In this document: one piece after another, positions 59,241-64,000 of the stretch
Layout: every line of letters starts with the position of its first letter
How positions within the stretch are numbered: the first letter of the stretch is position 1
Assembly: GCA_965232515.1 (NCBI GenBank)
Contig: CBDDPY010000002.1
Location: 3,136,001 to 3,200,000, forward strand
Reading direction: 5' to 3'
Length of the DNA stretch: 64,000 nucleotides
Origin: Alphaproteobacteria bacterium
Lineage (GTDB): Bacteria; Pseudomonadota; Alphaproteobacteria; GCA-2731375
The notes under the pieces: model-generated
What the model was told of the DNA's origin: nothing
What the model saw: the letters and a program-made list of their open reading frames with translations, nothing else
Database searches by the model: none
Position numbers and translations under genes: made by a program

Positions 59241-61019
59241 TTACAGGGAGAACACGAACAGCATGGAGCTCGGCTCCATCTTCTCGAGTCCCTTGGTGCT
59301 GTCGACGAACCATTTCGGCCAGGCGCCGCCCAGACCGACCAGGATCGCGACGTACTGCTTGCCGTTGATGCTGTAGGTCATCGGCGGCGCGTTGACACCG
59401 GCATTGGTCTCGAAGCGCCAGAGCTCGGTGAGGTTCTCGGCGTCGAGCGCCAGGATCTCGCCCGAGGGATGCGCGGTGAACACGAGGCCGCCGGCTGTCG
59501 CCAGCGTGCCGCCCAGCATCGGATACTTGGTGCGGTACTTGGCCTTGACGTCGCCGGTGTTGACGTCGATGGCGGCGATGCTGCCGTAGATCGGCTCATG
59601 CTGCCGCGGCCCGCCGCCGGTGAAGAATTCCCGCGGCTTGTAGGACTCGCCGGGGATCATCTCTTCGTTGGTCATCTCGTTACAGCTCTCGATGACCGGG
59701 ATGTAGTAGAGATTGAGCTCCGGGTTGTAGGACGTCGGCGGCCAGTTCTTGCCGCCCATGTTGCCGGGGCAGGACACGCCGACCTTGTTCGAGCGGCTGG
59801 GCGCGGTGCCCGGCGCGTAGCTCTGGATCTTCGAGTCCGGGTCGTAGTTCACCGGAATGCCCGTCTTCGGATCGAGCGATGGCGTCCAGGTGATGCGGTC
59901 GACGAACGGCTTGCCCCAGAGGAACTCGCCGGTGGCGCGGTCGAGCGCATAGGCAAAGCCGTTGCGATCGGCATGCAGCACGACCTTGCGCTGCTGGCCA
60001 TTGACCATGGCGTCGGCAAACACCTGCTCGTTCACGCCGTCATAGTCGTAGGGGTCGTTCGGCGTGTACTGGAAGTGCCACTTCAGCTCGCCGGTATCGG
60101 CGTCGAGCGCGACGGCACTGTTGGTGTAGAGGTTGTCGCCGGGCCGGTATTCGGCGTCCCAATCCGGTCCCGGATTGCCGACGCCCCAGATGATCAGATC
60201 GGTGTCGGGATCGTAGGAGCCGGTGACCCAGGTCGAGCCGCCGCCGTTCTTCCAGGCGTCGTGCGTGGTCGGCCAGGTGTCGTGACCGGGCTCGCCGGGT
60301 CCCGGAATGGTATGAAAGCGCCACTTCTCCTCGCCGTTGTTGAGGTCGGTGGCGGCGATCCAGCCGCGGATGCCGTATTCGGCGCCGGCCGTGCCGGTGA
60401 TCGCCATGTCCTTCACGATCAGCGGCGCGCCGGTGATGGTCTCGGCGATTTCCGGGTTGGCGACCTTGCGCTCCCAGTCGACCTCGCCGGTGGCCTTGTC
60501 GGTCATAATCAGCCGGCCGTCGAGCGTGTGGCTCAACACCTTGTCGCGCCACAGGCCGACGCCGCGGTTGTTGACGCCGCAACAGGCGACGTTGCCGGCC
60601 CAGTCCTTGTCGGTGTCTGGATCCATTTTCCAGACCAGCCGGCCGATGCCGTTGCGAATGTCGAGCTTGTAGACCGAGCCCCAGCCGTCGGTGACGTACA
60701 TGAAGCCGTCCTCGACGATGGGCGTGCCCTCGAGGCCGCCGTGCGGCCAGATGCCGCCGCCCTCGATGCCGCCCATGGCGTATGTCCAGGCGAGCCTCAG
60801 CTCGCCGACGGTCTCGCGGTTGATCTCGTCCAACGTGGAATAACGCTGCGACGCGAAGCTGCCGTGGTGGGTGAGCCAGTTCTGCGGTTCTTTCGCCGCG
60901 TCGAGCAGGCGTTGCATCGTGGTATCGCCATCGGCCGAGGCCGGCGCGGCGAGCGCGCAAAGCAGGAACGTTGCGGAAGCGCCCAGCACGGCACGCTTCC
61001 AACCTTTGTTGGCATACAT
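59241..61019 (-). CDS. PQQ-dependent alcohol dehydrogenase (methanol/ethanol family) with lanthanide-type D-x-D motif
   Basis: Signal peptide, ACCG.NNRG vicinal disulfide, GAEYG, GGSTW, GNPGP, PYDYDGVNE, DRNGF, GGKNW. Confidence 0.92.
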   Translation of the reverse strand: MYANKGWKRAVLGASATFLLCALAAPASADGDTTMQRLLDAAKEPQNWLTHHGSFASQRYSTLDEINRETVGELRLAWTYAMGGIEGGGIWPHGGLEGTPIVEDGFMYVTDGWGSVYKLDIRNGIGRLVWKMDPDTDKDWAGNVACCGVNNRGVGLWRDKVLSHTLDGRLIMTDKATGEVDWERKVANPEIAETITGAPLIVKDMAITGTAGAEYGIRGWIAATDLNNGEEKWRFHTIPGPGEPGHDTWPTTHDAWKNGGGSTWVTGSYDPDTDLIIWGVGNPGPDWDAEYRPGDNLYTNSAVALDADTGELKWHFQYTPNDPYDYDGVNEQVFADAMVNGQQRKVVLHADRNGFAYALDRATGEFLWGKPFVDRITWTPSLDPKTGIPVNYDPDSKIQSYAPGTAPSRSNKVGVSCPGNMGGKNWPPTSYNPELNLYYIPVIESCNEMTNEEMIPGESYKPREFFTGGGPRQHEPIYGSIAAIDVNTGDVKAKYRTKYPMLGGTLATAGGLVFTAHPSGEILALDAENLTELWRFETNAGVNAPPMTYSINGKQYVAILVGLGGAWPKWFVDSTKGLEKMEPSSMLFVFSL

Positions 61020-61120
61020 GGCAAAATTTCCTCACGCTTGACGGCGGGGCGCCGGCCCCGTCGATATGTCCCGGATATGGAGGAGGCCGCGACGCGCGCG
61101 GCCTCAGGACTGTTTAAGCG

Positions 61121-61198
61121 CTACAGGACCGCGCAGGCGTAGCAGTTGATCTCCATGCCAACGCTGATCTCGCGGATTTTCGGTTTGCACCAACGCAT
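61121..61198 (-). CDS. pqqA: Pyrroloquinoline quinone precursor peptide PqqA
   Basis: Hand translation MRWCKPKIREISVGMEINCYACAVL* (25 aa) with W..P start and G.E-x-x-x-Y core; GGGAGGG RBS; upstream of the PQQ dehydrogenase; absent from the ORF track. Confidence 0.93.
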   Translation of the reverse strand: MRWCKPKIREISVGMEINCYACAVL

Positions 61199-61407
61199 AG
61201 TTCCCTCCCTCATTCAGGTTCATTTGGGAACGGCGGGGCGTGGCCCTCTTACCCTCAACCCGGCACACGCCTCGGCGTCGCGGACAAGCTTAGGGACATC
61301 GGCGGCGCGCTGCAACGACATCGAACGGCCGGCCGTTGACGCATTGCGCCGGCCTCATGTTACGGTCGGCATCTTCGCGAACGGCATCGATCGACCGGAG
61401 GCGCGAC

Positions 61408-61800
61408 ATGGCCGACATCCGATGTGGCTTGCGTATCGCCGTCCTGCTGCTGGCAACGTCGTTCTGCCTGACCGCCAGCGCCCACAACAATCCCAGCTTC
61501 CGCAAGGAGTTCCTGCTGACCGTGACCGTACCGCCGACGCCGAACGGCGATGGCGTGCACCTTGAGGTCGGACCACTCGAGGTCCCGAAGAAGGCGATCG
61601 AATTGCTGTTCACGGTGCTGTCGGCACAGAAGGCCGCGATCCGTTTCGACGTCGTCGGCGCCGACCGGGTGCTGGGCGAGAAGGTCCAGGACGGCGGCAA
61701 GGCGCGGCTGGTGCTGCCAGCGACGTTCACGATCCAAAACGTCAGCGGCGCGACGGCGCCGTTCGAGCTGGAGATCTACGCCAACGTGATTGATCGCTGA
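61408..61800 (+). CDS. Hypothetical secreted protein
   Basis: GGAGG RBS, signal peptide ending ASA, beta-rich mature part. Confidence 0.7.
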   Translation: MADIRCGLRIAVLLLATSFCLTASAHNNPSFRKEFLLTVTVPPTPNGDGVHLEVGPLEVPKKAIELLFTVLSAQKAAIRFDVVGADRVLGEKVQDGGKARLVLPATFTIQNVSGATAPFELEIYANVIDR

Positions 61801-61845
61801 GCGGCGCGAACCTGAGGCTCTTTGTTTCGAGTCCAGTGCGGGTTG

Positions 61846-61939
61846 CCCTGGATTGCCGGGTCGGAGCCCGGCAATGACGATAGTTGTGTCAACCCGTCCC
61901 ATCCTTCGTCATGCCCGTGCTCGACACGGGTATCCAGGG
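61846..61939. repeat. Inverted pair of alphaproteobacterial REP-like palindromes
   Basis: tggattgccgggtcggagcccggcaatgacga (61849-61880) and tcgtcatgcccgtgctcgacacgggtatcca (61906-61936) in opposite orientations. Confidence 0.75.
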
Positions 61940-61973
61940 GCCGACCGAACGGACAGCAGCCACAACCGGATCG

Positions 61974-62657
61974 TCAGTCGGCGATGCCTTTCTGGTAGAT
62001 GGCGACGCGGGTTTCGTTGACGAAGTCTTCCAAGTCCTGGCCTGGCTCGCGGTAGAGCTTGGTCGTCATGAAAATCGTGCGGTCGGTCAGCTCCTGCCGG
62101 CACTCTTCATTGATGTAGACGCCGCCGACGGGGCTGAGCTTGTCTGCGCCGGCGACCTTTTGGCATTGCCAGGGCATGTCGCCGTATTGCCGCTTGACCC
62201 GCTGGCCGAGCAGATAGGCTTTCTTCTTGAAGAATTCGCTGGCCGTCGGATCGGTGCGGTACTTGATGCCGGCGACGGCGCCGGCCTCGTCGATCAACAG
62301 CGACAGCCAGACCCGGTGGCCGGCGACCTTGGTGCCGAGCCATTTGCGGGAGTAGGCCGTCACTTCATGGTCGGGTCGTTTGTAGTCGAAGCGCACCTCG
62401 TGCAGGCCGCGGTCGTTGGGCGGACAGGCCGCGAAGTCAACCCAGGACGTCAGCTTGATATCCGTCCGGGCGCCGTCGGCGGCGCAGGCGAAGGCGTAAT
62501 AGTCGTCGGTCGAGAGCGATCGGACGTCCTGGCCGATCCGGAACTCGCGAACATCGCCGCCGTTTTCCGCGCTGGCGCCTGTGATGCCCATCAGGACGGC
62601 CGCGCCGGTGAAAAGCGCAATCAATGTCGATCGGCGCCGTGGTTGTGCTGCCTGCAT
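61974..62657 (-). CDS. Hypothetical periplasmic protein near the PQQ dehydrogenase
   Basis: GGGAGGG RBS, signal peptide, four Cys, GC-rich codon pattern. Confidence 0.8.
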   Translation of the reverse strand: MQAAQPRRRSTLIALFTGAAVLMGITGASAENGGDVREFRIGQDVRSLSTDDYYAFACAADGARTDIKLTSWVDFAACPPNDRGLHEVRFDYKRPDHEVTAYSRKWLGTKVAGHRVWLSLLIDEAGAVAGIKYRTDPTASEFFKKKAYLLGQRVKRQYGDMPWQCQKVAGADKLSPVGGVYINEECRQELTDRTIFMTTKLYREPGQDLEDFVNETRVAIYQKGIAD

Positions 62658-62862
62658 GACGGTGTCCCTCCCATCGTCTGCCGCACTCGAAACGCAACCA
62701 CACAGGAACGCGATATCAACGCGCCGGCCAACGTCGCAACGCCGGACGGCCAAGTCGATGTTAGCGCAAGACCGGCCGCCGCCGCATCCCCGGCGACCGT
62801 TTCATCCGCAATTCACTCTCGGCGTCGGTTATGCGCAGAAGGAACTGGGCGATACCGCCGCG

Positions 62863-63432
62863 TCAGTGCGTGATCGGCAGGATCGGCTCGATGCCGGAGA
62901 AGACCGGCTCGAGCGCGACGCCCAGCGCATCGCCGAACTTGCTGACGGCGATGTAGATCGTGATGGTGAACACGGCCTCGACGATCTGCGGCTCGGTGAA
63001 GTGCTTGTGCAGCCGTTCCCAGAGCTCGGCCGGGACGTTGTTTGCGTCGATGCCGATCTGCACCGTCAGGTCCATCAGCGCCTTTTCGGCCTCGGTGAAG
63101 TGCGGGCTGTCCTTGTAACGGTCGCCGCCGATGTCGGCGATCTTCTCCTCCGAGATGCCGAGCCGCTTCGACAGCGTCTCGTGCTGGACGACGCAATACT
63201 GGCAGTCGTTGCGATGGGTCGCCTTCAGGATGATCAGCTCCTTGGTGACCCAGTCGATCTCGCCGTCCTTCAGGATCGCCATGATCATGTCGGTGAAGAC
63301 GGTGCCGAGTTCGGGCGTGTGGCCGAACACCTTGAAGATGTTCAGAAGCATCTGAAAACGCTCTTCGGCCTTGTCGTAGAACTCGTTTGTCGCGGCATTG
63401 GCCTCGGCGCGTTCGACATAGGATACGGTCAT
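62863..63432 (-). CDS. AhpD/CMD family peroxidase-like protein
   Basis: KELIILKA...NDCQYCVVQH, GISEEKI, HFTEPQIVE. Confidence 0.88.
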   Translation of the reverse strand: MTVSYVERAEANAATNEFYDKAEERFQMLLNIFKVFGHTPELGTVFTDMIMAILKDGEIDWVTKELIILKATHRNDCQYCVVQHETLSKRLGISEEKIADIGGDRYKDSPHFTEAEKALMDLTVQIGIDANNVPAELWERLHKHFTEPQIVEAVFTITIYIAVSKFGDALGVALEPVFSGIEPILPITH

Positions 63433-63454
63433 GCTGTCCTCCCGTGATTTATGA

Positions 63455-63472
63455 TTGGAATGATCATTCCAA
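63455..63472. promoter_or_regulatory. Perfect 18-bp palindrome, likely TetR operator
   Basis: TTGGAATGATCATTCCAA between the TetR gene and the AhpD-like gene. Confidence 0.75.
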
Positions 63473-63488
63473 ACGCGACAAAAGTTTT

Positions 63489-64000
63489 TTATTCCAGCAA
63501 TTTCGCAGCCTGATGCGCCACCGATCGCAGCAGCATGGCCTCCGGCCGGCTGCGCGACAGCACCCGCAGGCCGATGAACAGGCTCAGGAGGGCACGCGCG
63601 GTCTCGGTCGGGTCGACATGGGCCGGGATTTCGCCGGTCCGGCGACCCTTTTCGATCATGCGGCGGAAGAAGTCCTCCATTTCGCTCAAACCCTGGGCGA
63701 CGATGGCGGAAACCTCTGAATCGTGCGGTGAGAGCTCGAGCGCGGTGTTGACCAGCAGGCAGCCGTCCCGCGCGCCGTCATAGAGCACGGCGTCGACGAC
63801 GCTGTCGAACGCCGCGACGATGGCCGATTTCGCGCCGCTTGATGCCTCAAGCGCGGCGATCCAGTCGGCGCGGTGGCGTTCGTCGTAGCGGCGCAGCGCC
63901 TGCAAAAAGAGACTGCGTTTGTCGCCGAAGGTGGCGTAGAGGCTGCCGCGGTTGATCTGCATGCAGTCGACCAGGTCCTGCATGGACGTGGCCTCGTAGC
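63489..64000 (-). CDS. TetR family regulator, NemR/ComR-like (5' end outside window)
   Basis: YEATSMQDLV...GSLYATFGDK, GCLLVN; the reading frame runs off the window edge. Confidence 0.88.
   Translation of the reverse strand, partial: YEATSMQDLVDCMQINRGSLYATFGDKRSLFLQALRRYDERHRADWIAALEASSGAKSAIVAAFDSVVDAVLYDGARDGCLLVNTALELSPHDSEVSAIVAQGLSEMEDFFRRMIEKGRRTGEIPAHVDPTETARALLSLFIGLRVLSRSRPEAMLLRSVAHQAAKLLE

Noticed and set aside
59241-61019. Naming the enzyme xoxF, mxaF or exaF/pedH
   Set aside because: The active-site context differs and no xoxJ/mxaJ/mxaI-like neighbours are recognisable; a clade call needs a phylogeny

Overview
GC-rich alphaproteobacterial chromosomal segment (about 60 genes; no rRNA, tRNA, CRISPR array, integrase or transposase seen). 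It contains three regulator-linked ABC uptake/catabolic clusters (PotABCD-like with a PLP lyase and amidase; Ugp-like with a LOG/TIGR00725 protein; Dpp-like with a C45 peptidase), many redox-stress genes (OxyR, secreted catalase plus ankyrin, three AhpD/CMD proteins, a glutaredoxin-thioredoxin reductase fusion, an FeS photolyase), C1/sulfur genes (MddA-like methyltransferase, FdhA), a sigma54-driven PEP-CTERM-type protein, and an RTX protein with its type I secretion genes. The most notable observations are: (1) an atypical MauG/bCcP-family di-heme enzyme paired with an unknown His/Trp-rich secreted protein, whose upstream motif is shared with the RTX/T1SS promoters; (2) a PQQ alcohol dehydrogenase with the lanthanide-type D-x-D motif, preceded by a 25-aa pqqA that the ORF track missed and flanked by a cytochrome c and unknown periplasmic proteins; (3) a hydrolase-winged-helix regulator with four 11-bp-phased boxes upstream of an mddA-like gene; (4) a small zinc-ribbon gene carrying a LexA box. 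All calls come from motif reading by eye; no database searches were run.
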